DNA of 63,769 nucleotides, counting the filler, from Reticulomyxa filosa (Eukaryota > Protista > Foraminifera), in NCBI GenBank assembly GCA_000512085.1. It is 18 parts of 18 records of this genome, joined end to end, with 100 filler letters (N's around TTAATTAATTAA, not from the genome) between each part and the next. Parts side by side here need not be neighbours in the genome. Positions count along the whole stretch, not along the records: positions 35,770 to 49,533 come from ASPP01023920.1; positions 49,634 to 51,949 come from ASPP01045349.1; 16 more parts are not named here. One strand, given 5' to 3'. The notes below the pieces were generated by a model that ran no database searches, was not told where the DNA came from, and saw only the letters and a list, made by a program, of their open reading frames with translations. The translations under genes and the position numbers were made by a program. The stretch's first letter is position 1. The number at the start of each line of letters is the position of its first letter. Shown here piece by piece: positions 39,678-49,720 of the stretch.

Positions 39678-40236
39678 GCAAAAAGTATCCCTCCTGTGTT
39701 GTACAAAAGAACTACTTGTACTTAGGTAAAACGCCTGTTAGCCAAAGAGATCGTTACCACAGCATTTCTTTGTGATTGCGTTCTATTTTTTTTTATGTTT
39801 CCAACAAAGACTACGTAAAAATTTTTTAAATTTTGCTGATTTTGAAAAATCTTATTTGCTCAACAAAAAATAAAAATTGCATGCCAAGCCCAACTCAAAA
39901 AGTTACTACTCTATGGTTAAGTAAATTCACCTTTGATGATGAACCAATTATATCTCATTGTATATATTTCATAAGCAAATTTTAGTTGACGTGAACCAAT
40001 AACAACAAGAAACAAATAATTGTGCAAATTTTTTTTTGGCTACTCTTAGCGTGGTCATCTAATCATAGTGCCCTTTTTAAGGCAACAAGAAAGAAAAGGA
40101 AATTTTAGAGGCACTTACTGAAATATTGCATAACAAATACATGTCCGAAATTTTTGCAACGACTGTAGAACAATTTCACACGCATAAAAAAATTATTACT
40201 GAATCTCAAGAGTGCAAAACTAGGGAACTGACAACG

Positions 40237-42216
40237 ATGAAAAATTTAGCACAAAAACTAAGATTGAAGCTCAATTCATTCGACAAAAGGAGTAAATCTG
40301 AAGATATCTTATCAGGAGATGACACTAGTAATAGCAAAAAAAAACAAGATCAAGCGTTCTGTTTTGTGCAAGGACAAGACCCACACTGTGATTTTTTTCA
40401 ATTTTCAACTAACAGACCCCCCAGCCAGCTTTTCAAAAAAAGATTTCTTAGAGCCTATGGTCGCATTTGGTGATATTTCGCCAAAAAAACGTAAAGCGTT
40501 GTTTATCCAGAAAGTGCGGTTGTGCTCAATAACATTTGATTTTCATAACGACGTTTGTTCATTTTTTCTTTTTAAGAGACTGGCTAAATTTTTTGTTGTT
40601 CTACTAAAAATGAATGCACAGGACCCAAAAGAAACATGGAAAAAGAGATAAAGAGACAAGTATTACTAGAACTGGTGGACTATGTCACCAGCAACGACAC
40701 ATGGTGTACGGAAAAGACACTCAATGAAATATTAGCTATGATAGCTGCTAATTTGTTTCGAAGTTTGAAACCTGTCAATGTTTGCTTGCACGATCCAGAA
40801 GAAGATGCAATCAGATCAGATCCAACTTGGCCTCATTTGCAGATTGTTTATGAATTTTTCTTGCGCCTTATTACAAACGCTGAACCTGACTCCAAACTTT
40901 TTAAAGTTTTAAATTCTTTGAGCTTCCAAAACAATAATAATAATAAAAATTTAAAAGATGAAATCAAATAAACTTTTCAAAAATATTTTATTATTTTACT
41001 TATAGCGAAAACTGGCCGGGGCATTCATGTTAAACTTGTTGGATGGATTTAAATCAGAAGATCCAAGGGAAAGGGACTACTTAAAAACAATATTGCATAG
41101 AATTTACGGAAAATTTATGTCTTTGCGAAGTTTTGTGAGAAAAGCAGTGAACAACATATTTTTTCAAATCATTTACGAAAATGAAAAACATCCTGGTGTT
41201 GCCGAGTTATTGGAAATTTTGGGGAGTATCATCAATGGGTTTGCATTACCACTGAAAGTAGAACATCAATGTTTTTTACGCAATGTATTAATACCATTGC
41301 ATAAGCTTAGTGCTCAACGCTTGCAAACGTTTCATCGACAATTGTCCTACTGTATCACACAATTTCTTGACAAAGATAATTTACTTTCTGGGACGGTTAT
41401 TGAGGGTTTACTTAAAGTTTGGTTGTCATCAATCAAAAAACATGATCAATTTTTATAATAAATTCTGTCCCTTTTAATACACTGTAACAAACCTAACACA
41501 AAAACATATTAATAAGTATTGGCCAGTGACATCAAGTACAAAAGAAGTTTTGTTGTTGAACGAATTAGAAGAGATCTTAGAACTCACTCCAAACTCGCAA
41601 CTGATCATGCTTTTAGTTGAGTGCATTATCTGTTACTTCTCATTTTTATTTTTTTCCTCAAAAATATTGGGATTGTCGAAACAAATTATATTTTTATTTT
41701 AAAAGGAATCGATTTTCAAACAATTAATGAAATGTGGACAAAGTCCTCACTTTCAAGTGGCTGAGAGAGCACTGCTTTTCTGGAACAGTGATTTAATTTT
41801 ATCACTAACGGCTGAGCACAAGCACATCCTATTTCCGATTGTCGTGCCAACAATTTATCAAGTTTTGTCATATATTGTTAAGACAAAAAATATTGTGTTT
41901 TCTTATAAAACGTCAACGGGAACACAGATGGAAAAGCAACATTGGAATAAAACTGTCCAATTATTGGTTGGAAGTGTTATCAAAAGTTTACTAGATATTG
42001 ACACTGATTTGTATAAACGGCTCATTCCCCAAAACTGTCCGGTGTGTATATGTTGTACTTAACCACAAAAGGAGACGAAAAGTTAAAAGTGACTGTTGCG
42101 GTATTTGATAGGACACCCAATGCTTGCTAAAACAAAATAGAAGATTAAAATGGGAAAAAATCCAACAAATGGCTGAACAAAATGATAATAACATTAAAAA
42201 ATCATTGCAAAATTGA
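40237..42216 (+). CDS. Protein phosphatase 2A regulatory subunit B' (B56)
   Basis: [89 protein letters not shown] and HWN. Confidence 0.97.
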
Positions 42217-42647
42217 ACAAAAGTTGATGTGAGTTCAAAAAGGGAAACACCAAAAAAAGTAAAACAAAAAAAAAATAGTGTATATGTAGCTTCTGTTTCT
42301 GTTTTTTGTGTAATTAGTTTTTATGTTGTCCTTTTGTGTTAATGGCATTCACTTTTCAAATTTCATCCATAGCAACACAACAAATACTAAGTTGCTGATT
42401 TTTTTTTGAACGTTATTCTCATAACAAGAAAGCAAAATTGATCCAACTCGCAAAAAAAAAAAAGATCACAAAATAATTGTCTTGCGATAGAAATGATTGT
42501 ATTCTCCCACGCAACACGATAAGTAAAAAACAGTTTGGAAAAACATTGTAAAGAGGAAAAAAAAAACCTCACACACACACCCACATAACACCTCCTAAAA
42601 AAAAGATGATAAAAAAGAAAGAGCGTTTAAAAAGAATAATCTGAAAA

Positions 42648-43910
42648 TCAAGAAAAATTGCAAAGACGAAGAACGATGTCACCATAAGCACGATTGCGCG
42701 ATTTGAATTGAGTCTGAGTCCATTGGAAGAAAGCATCATAGCCAAAGAGTTGCAAGATACGTAGCAAGTCGGTTTCACGATGCGTGATGATAATGCGCGT
42801 AAGCATGCGATAATTTTTGCCGGGCGACTCGGTGGCTTGTCTGAGGAAATGGAGGAGCAGATCGTCTTTGCGTGTGGCATACCAAAGCGTGATCTTGCAC
42901 GCGTAGCCAGCGTCATTTTGTGAAGAAAAGGCATGCACCAAAACTTGAGTCAGCGTATCCGGCGAGGCACGTTCGAATTCGGTGGCGACGATGGCCAAAT
43001 GTTGAAAGCTTCGCAAGCTGAAAATGTTGATAAAGGTGCGTTTATTGAGTTTTGGAGTTGTAGCGGCCTGTAGCAGCGCCGTTACGTCCTGTTGAACGAG
43101 GTCGTGTGAGACAGGAACAGAGTCACTTGCGCGTCCATGCTCCAACAGATTGCGCACAAACTGCAACACACTGGGTTTGCGAAACCACTTGCTGCAAAGA
43201 CGGAGCGACGCCTGTGCCAAGGGCTCCTTGGGATATGCAGCATTGTATGCCACATGTGTCTTCCACATTTCCTCCGCCGACATCGTGCAGAGGATATTAA
43301 TGAGCAGCGACACCGTCTTCTTGCGCAGAGCCAGATGCAACAGATATACGTTGTAATTGTATCGCGGTTTCACCAGTGCAAGCAGCATCATTTGGAGTGC
43401 GCCGCTCGAATTGGCCTCGATCACGCTGCTCAAATTACATCGCTCGTGCTTCTTTTCGTACGTCTCGGCCACCAACAGTCGCTGCTGCTCGCTCAATACA
43501 CATAACTCATTCGTCAGGGACTCCACTATCGCTGCACTCTTCTGGAACCATTGATTCACCGTGTTTTCGATTCGCTCGGTTATTGCGTGCGGATCGAAGT
43601 TCCTGTCCATTATTATACCTGTGCCCATCGTCGCGTCCCAATCTCCTAATGCCATCGCTGGAGCTGATGCCAATACACCTATTTGCATCGCCGACTCGTA
43701 CTTCCACTCGCTCTCTCCGCCGTTCTTTCTCACTTCCACACTTCCTCCTGGCTCGTTCGTGTCGCTCTCGCTTATTAGTGCATATGCCATCGGCGGCGCG
43801 AGATAGGCGTTCTCCACATTGCCCTCGTCCATTTCATCGCCCACTTTCAATTCTCTATTATTTTTTTCTTCCTCTTTCTTCATTTCTTTACTGTCTGGAT
43901 ACATCCTCAA
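42648..43910 (-). CDS. Divergent annexin
   Basis: Four annexin-like repeats (SEQQRLLVAETY..SSGALQMMLLAL; LINILCTMS; FINIFSLRSFQHL; LTRIIITHRETDL..YGDIVLRLC) after an acidic N-terminal head. Confidence 0.85.
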   Translation of the reverse strand: MRMYPDSKEMKKEEEKNNRELKVGDEMDEGNVENAYLAPPMAYALISESDTNEPGGSVEVRKNGGESEWKYESAMQIGVLASAPAMALGDWDATMGTGIIMDRNFDPHAITERIENTVNQWFQKSAAIVESLTNELCVLSEQQRLLVAETYEKKHERCNLSSVIEANSSGALQMMLLALVKPRYNYNVYLLHLALRKKTVSLLINILCTMSAEEMWKTHVAYNAAYPKEPLAQASLRLCSKWFRKPSVLQFVRNLLEHGRASDSVPVSHDLVQQDVTALLQAATTPKLNKRTFINIFSLRSFQHLAIVATEFERASPDTLTQVLVHAFSSQNDAGYACKITLWYATRKDDLLLHFLRQATESPGKNYRMLTRIIITHRETDLLRILQLFGYDAFFQWTQTQFKSRNRAYGDIVLRLCNFS

Positions 43911-44360
43911 GGCTCGCGCCCTGAAATTTTATATTTTTGGAGTGGACAGGGAGAGAAAAAAAAAAAATCTATGCAGAGTACAAAGCAAACACAAATATTA
44001 TCGTAATGAATATATTATTACTATTCTGACAGGCCCAACAATGATAAAAAATTTAATTGCACGATTCCAAACTTTTCTGAAACTCTACTTTTTTTTTCCT
44101 TCCCCTGCACTATGTTTTACCAAAGTTCAGTCAATGGTGCAAATTTTATTTTAAATAAAAATAATGGAAATACATTTGTATTTACTCCAGTTGCTACTTT
44201 TTTTTATCTCTTTGACTCAGCTCAAGGGTTCTTTTCTATTATTCTTCTGGTTATTGTTGGGTTGGGCTCTATCTTTCTAACTTTTCTGATCCAAGTTTAC
44301 TTGTTTGTACAAAACTTTTCTATTTTCATATAGAAATATATCTTTACGTACAGGAACGCT

Positions 44361-46599
44361 TTGCAGAGGTTGCGTCCCCCCCCCAAAGATATGAAAGACT
44401 CAATACACACAATGACTGAAGAAGACAACGGTATTGCTGAAGCGACTGACGTGTTATTGTATTCATTACTGGACAAAGATCAAAAGATTCCTTCCAAATG
44501 CTTAGCCACTAGCGACTTTGACAACGACGACTCTGTACGGACTTATAAGCTAACTATTGGAGATGTCGAAAAATGGCGAATCAAGACATGCACAGGGGCA
44601 ATCGAAGAGCTGTGGTTTTCGAAACCTGGGTCCATTCGCAAGGTGTTTATTTCTTTCAAAGTCAAGCGTGTTAGCGAGATTGACAACATCCGAGAAACAG
44701 TTGAGTGATTTTCTTGCCCTTTTTTTTATTACTGTTCATGAAAATATTTTTTTTTTTGGGTGGAAAAAAATATGCAAGACACGTTTTTTTACAAATGAAA
44801 CGCACGCATACATGAAATAGTATCGTATGAGATTTCACATTTATTGCAATTGGTTGGCAACGAAGCACGAGTACTTGTCGCATTGCATAGCAAGAAAAGC
44901 TGCTGAAAATGGCGATACAGAGCAATTGTTTCATTGGGAGCCAAAATGGTGAGTTTGGACAGTATTTGTTTGAATGCAAATGATTGTGAGAAGAAGAAGA
45001 CAAACAAATAATCAAACAAATGTGAAAGGTATCCACGATTAGAGTTTCGTAATGCAATCGAGGAACAGTTGTGTACATGGCAAGAGTTCCCAGAACTGGG
45101 ACGATTCCGTATGCAAACTTTTTCAGATTTTGCAAAGAACAAGACAGACAAAATTGCAGAAGATCAATTTGATTGTTCTCACGCCAGATTCATTCGTGCC
45201 AAATTGGAATGCGAAATGACTTTTGCAGAGGAATTGGAATTGCAAGCGTTTCCATTTGATGTGAGTTATATAATCACACATACGTATACTTTGACTTTAT
45301 TCCAAACGTCAATCTCAAACAAATATAAATAACGGAAAAAAGTGTCAGGATTTATCGTGCATAATTTATGAAAGAACTATTGGAGACACGCGTTGCGTGT
45401 TTTTGCCAGAATTGCGAAGCCCAAATTTTGGGTCGATTGACCTTCGCTATAGTGTGATTGATCAATGGGATTTGGAAACAGCGATGCTTGAAATCGGCGG
45501 AGTGGATTGCACACACACAGACTGTGATATCACGCATACAATTATTGTTTTGCGATTGAAAATCAAAAGAAGTTTTTTTTTTGGCTATTTTTCTTTATTA
45601 TTGTTTGATGACGGATCGGTGAACCATCTTGTCAATAGGATGGAAAGTGTTCTTTTGGAATATCCAATTTTTGGTGGCTTGCATCTGCGGATTGGCATTG
45701 ACTGCCTTCTCATTGGTTGGTCCGGACAACCTTGGAAATCGTCTCAATTTGGTCATTACGTTGATATTGACCGCCGTGACATTTACATTTGCGGTATTGG
45801 AGAAATTACCAAATGTGGCCTATCTCACTTATATGGTGTGTTTAGTAACCCACTCTTTCTTTTTTTTGTTGTCTGCTTGCGAAGATGAAAAAAGAAGACA
45901 AAACAAATAATGAATGGCCAGGACAAATACATATTGATTTCATATGGCTATTTAGTGGCATTGATGGTAGAAAGTACGGTGGTCAACTCCATGAATGACA
46001 AGATCGATATTTACTTTTTTTACGTATTTCTATCTTTTTTGATTATCTATCACATAGCCTTTTTATGGTATGCTAAGCAGTTGCGCAGCCAAGAAGAACA
46101 GAAACTTTTGCTCAACAGTGAAGAAGTGGAACATGGGATAAACCACTTACGTCCTTCGCTTTACTTTGATTATACTGAGAGAGAACAGTCAGGTATGACA
46201 CAGAACTGACTTTTTCAAGAAACAAGAGTGCAAGCGAAAAGAACAAAACATGTGTACACACTGTCAATTGGAAAAGGTAAGAACGGAAGACTGTTGGCCT
46301 TCAATGGACGAATGGTCATACCAAACGGAATGAATAACGATCTGAAAAATCAGGTGAAGCACAACCAAGAAAAGCTGGAGCGTCTGCACAAAGCACGGTC
46401 TATGTATTGGCTCAATACAGCTGCCGAACAAAAAGAGCAAAAACAAGCAACAAAGTCATTGCAAATGCTATTTTCAAATAAAACGAGTCCTTTCATTCAA
46501 AAAAAGACAAATCAAATAGCACAGGAGTGCACTTTCCAACACGAGTGTGTGAAAAATGTGCAAAACATGAATTACAGACAACGAGCAAGTGTTAATTGA
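44361..46599 (+). CDS. Pentameric ligand-gated ion channel subunit, Cys-less (Pro-loop) type
   Basis: VFISFKVKRVSEIDN (beta1-2), YPRLEFRNA (loop A), ELELQAFPFD.QDL, then R.WKVFFWNI M1, NRLNLVITLILTAVTF M2, LPNVAYLTYMDKY M3 and an M4 helix. Confidence 0.92.
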
Positions 46600-46899
46600 C
46601 GATGCTTGTTCGTTCTGCTCACTAAACAAAAACAAAACAAAAGGCTCGGAGAAGAAAAAGGGGAGTTGAAGAGGCGAAGAGTACTTACTTGTATTTAAAG
46701 GGAAGCAAAAATGTAATAAGATTATATAAACTGTTTATATTAAACATTTTGGGCAATTCAATCAACTTTTTTTTTTTTTGTCCGTTGGAATTGCTGCGCT
46801 AGATGCAAGGACAGCAGGAAGTAAAGAAAAGATAATAAAAGTATTTTGGAGGAAAATGCAAAAAAAAAAAAAAAAAGTTTTGAATTTAAACAAAAGAAA

Positions 46900-47969
46900 T
46901 TACAAGACAGGATCCGACTGTTTAAATAAATCATGATATCTGCTGGTTGGTTTTGAAACATCAGAGAAAAACGCATGAAAGCGTTTGGCCTTTTGCCACA
47001 TGTGTATTTGCTTAAGCGTTTCTTTGTTTTCTTTTTTCCATGTTTCGTCTTTCAACATTTGACGAGTGACAGCAAATGGAAAAGGCAGCGTTGTGTCTAC
47101 TTTCACGCCTCTTGCGTTGCAGCGGAATTCGAAATGGTTTTTCATATCTCTCGTCCAAATACGAACAATGTAACTCCCAGCAGAGTCAATTTTGTCTAGA
47201 CTTTCCTGCTCGTCCAGCAAATGTGTATCGCCTCCAATGATCACACCTTTTTATTTTGTGCATTTATTTGGATAATATTTAATCAATTCTTATTTCTTAT
47301 TTTTCATTGTTCGGAGGAAGGGGTTATAAAAGAGGGGAAAACGTGTTTTCATTTGCCTTTGATGTGCTTGAATATTTGAATTTGCTTGATAGGATCTTCC
47401 AAGCTGATTTTTTTCTTAAGTAACAATTCTCTCCAAATTCTTTGCTTTGTTATGTGAGTGTAACAATCGTCTTTTTCGTCGAGTCGTACTTTAAACTCCA
47501 ATCTGAATTTTGCGAGGTCCTGAGACATTTCTACCATTTTCTGGGCACGCTCTCTTTCTTCGCGCAAATTTGCATTCAAATGACCGAATCTTGCCACATT
47601 TACGCTGGTTGCGGGCAATGCTATTTTTTCGGGCCACAACCAGTGGCGATACAGGCCCTCTGGCACTGTCACCACTTCTCCTGCAATAAATGAGTCCATA
47701 TTATGCAGAAATATTACTTTTAGTTTTTTTCGAGATCGAGTGGCCGAGTATTTGTCTTCATAGTGTTCGGGCAATTTAAATGCTTCTTTAAAATTTTTTC
47801 GCCGGCGATTGCGATCTTCCAACAACGGTCTCAATTTGTTCACAACCAAAGGACGCCATTGGTAGTGTTTATAAGTACGAGACTCCGTCACGTGACGTTT
47901 TGTTATCAATGTAAATGCATCATCATATGTTGGCTTCGATCTGATTGCCTTCAAATGTGCTGATAACAT
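46900..47969 (-). CDS. MRPL9: Mitochondrial ribosomal protein bL9m-like
   Basis: Basic presequence-like N-terminus; LKVIFLHNM..GEVVTVPEGLYRHWLWPEKIALPAT matches the L9 N-domain; a long helix; ITKQRIW and IDSAGSYIVRI match the L9 C-domain. Confidence 0.8.
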
Positions 47970-48238
47970 TCTATTGCGATCGATTGAACTCTGCTCTCCC
48001 TTTCAGAAACTGTCAGTTGGGCTAATTTTATTGTTTTTAAACTAATTACTAGTCATTTTTCTTTAAAGAGACCGTTTTACATGAGTTAAAGTGGTTTAAA
48101 ACTTCGTATGACTTTTGGCTGCGCAGACACAAGTGAAAAAGCTACAACTGGACAAACAGATAGCGTGTGTTACTGTTTTATTTATTTGTTCAGACTTAAG
48201 AGAGGCCCGCGGAACGTTCTACGAAACAAAATGTTCTC

Positions 48239-49075
48239 ATGACAGAGATGATTTTGTCAAAGATTTTTACTTTATCAGCAGATCTTCTACTTTATATCTT
48301 TACATTCTCAGATGTAAAAGGTTTGAGTGTTATGGCACGGATTAGTAAAACCTGGCACGTCGAAATAAACAGTCCCAAAGCAAACTTAGCTTTGTGGAAA
48401 CATATTTACAACAATTTCATGTCGTGTAGTCCTCGATATTTTAACTTAAAGTGTGACAGTTATCGAGACAAGACTCGCTTCGCGTTAATGAATCAAAACT
48501 TACCAAGAACTTGTTTGCTTCGTTTGTATCGGGTTGATTTTTTATCCATACCAAAGTTTGGATTAGGGGAAGACATACTCGCCCAACCATTGGTAAATAA
48601 GCCCTTGAACGAATGGCAAGCATTTATCACAGGGCCTCTGGGTACTGTCTATGAAAATGGTAATTTTGAGTTGTCAATAATATTCCCGTTATTGTACCCA
48701 TTAAAAGCACCAAGGGTTACCTTTTTGACCAAAATTTGGCACAGCAATATATCTGTAGACGGACGAATATCACTAGATATTCTGTGTCAAAATTGGTCAC
48801 CTGCCTTGCAAGTATCAACTATGTTAATTGGAGTGAGAGCTCTGCTGAGCGATCCTAATTGGGATGATCCTTTGAATGCGCAGGCGGCCCGCATGTACCG
48901 AGATAATCCGCAAATCTTTGAACAAACTGCAAGCAGTGGGTTACTTTGTATGCACAACGGCGATACAAACTACACAACAAAATATATTAAATTCATTGGT
49001 CTTGGATTGAGAAAATGTATAAGTTTCATAATAATAAAGGATATGAACAAGCTTCAAACTGAAAAAAATTTTTAA
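48239..49075 (+). CDS. F-box + UBC (E2-fold) fusion protein, catalytic Cys replaced by Ser
   Basis: N-terminal IFTLSADLLLYIFTFSDVKGLSVMARISKTWH...LW (F-box); C-terminal EWQAFITGP.GTVYENGNF...FP..YP.KAPRVTFLTKIWHSNI..DGRISLDIL..NWSPAL...LLSDPNWDDPLN (UBE2D-like). Confidence 0.88.
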   Translation: MTEMILSKIFTLSADLLLYIFTFSDVKGLSVMARISKTWHVEINSPKANLALWKHIYNNFMSCSPRYFNLKCDSYRDKTRFALMNQNLPRTCLLRLYRVDFLSIPKFGLGEDILAQPLVNKPLNEWQAFITGPLGTVYENGNFELSIIFPLLYPLKAPRVTFLTKIWHSNISVDGRISLDILCQNWSPALQVSTMLIGVRALLSDPNWDDPLNAQAARMYRDNPQIFEQTASSGLLCMHNGDTNYTTKYIKFIGLGLRKCISFIIIKDMNKLQTEKNF

Positions 49076-49341
49076 CTTTCATTTGTGTTGTTAGCTGTTA
49101 TGAGTTTGACGAGTTTTGCTTATCTTTTCATATACCACAATTGTGCACAAGCATAACTTGATATATATGAACATAGTCAATGCAAAAAATATTGAATCAA
49201 AAATAAATTATTGCGTTAAAGTAGGGAAAAACTATCAGTCAATTCATTGATTATTACTAGTTCAATGTTTTCTACTATGTGAATTTCAGGAAAGAAACAA
49301 TCAAACATTTGTCGGCAATCGTTCAAGCATTATCGCAATTA

Positions 49342-49533
49342 CAGTAGATTGCAAAAAAACCCGTCATACCTAAATGGCACTATATGAAGAGAATCGATTT
49401 TCTCAGTGAAAAATAAAGATTTAAACATAATTTTTTTTAAAAAATATATACTAATATTGTAGTTTTTAAATATTAAAATTTTTTTTTGATAATTTTCTTT
49501 ATTGTTGATATTTTTAATTGATATTTCAAAATT
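49342..49533 (+). mobile_element. End of a TIR DNA transposon/MITE (Tc1/mariner/pogo-like), copy 1
   Basis: TA|CAGTAGATTGCAAAAAAAC..CATACCTAAATGGCACTATA...; repeated at three other sites; the contig ends inside it. Confidence 0.8.
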
Positions 49534-49633
49534 NNNNNNNNNNNNNNNNNNNNNNNNNNNNNNNNNNNNNNNNNNNNTTAATTAATTAANNNNNNNNNNN
49601 NNNNNNNNNNNNNNNNNNNNNNNNNNNNNNNNN

Positions 49634-49718
49634 GTTTAAATCTTTATTTTTCATGGAGAAAATCGATTCTCTTTATATAGTGCCATTTAGGTATGTCAGT
49701 TTTTTTTGCAATCTACTG
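49634..49718 (-). mobile_element. End of the same TIR element, copy 2 (reverse orientation)
   Basis: Reverse complement of about 49342-49426, ending GCAATCTACTG|TA. Confidence 0.8.
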
Positions 49719-49720
49719 TA

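Noticed and set aside
43106-43924. Multiple plus-strand ORFs overlapping the annexin
   Set aside because: Expected from higher GC content on the antisense strand; no motifs.
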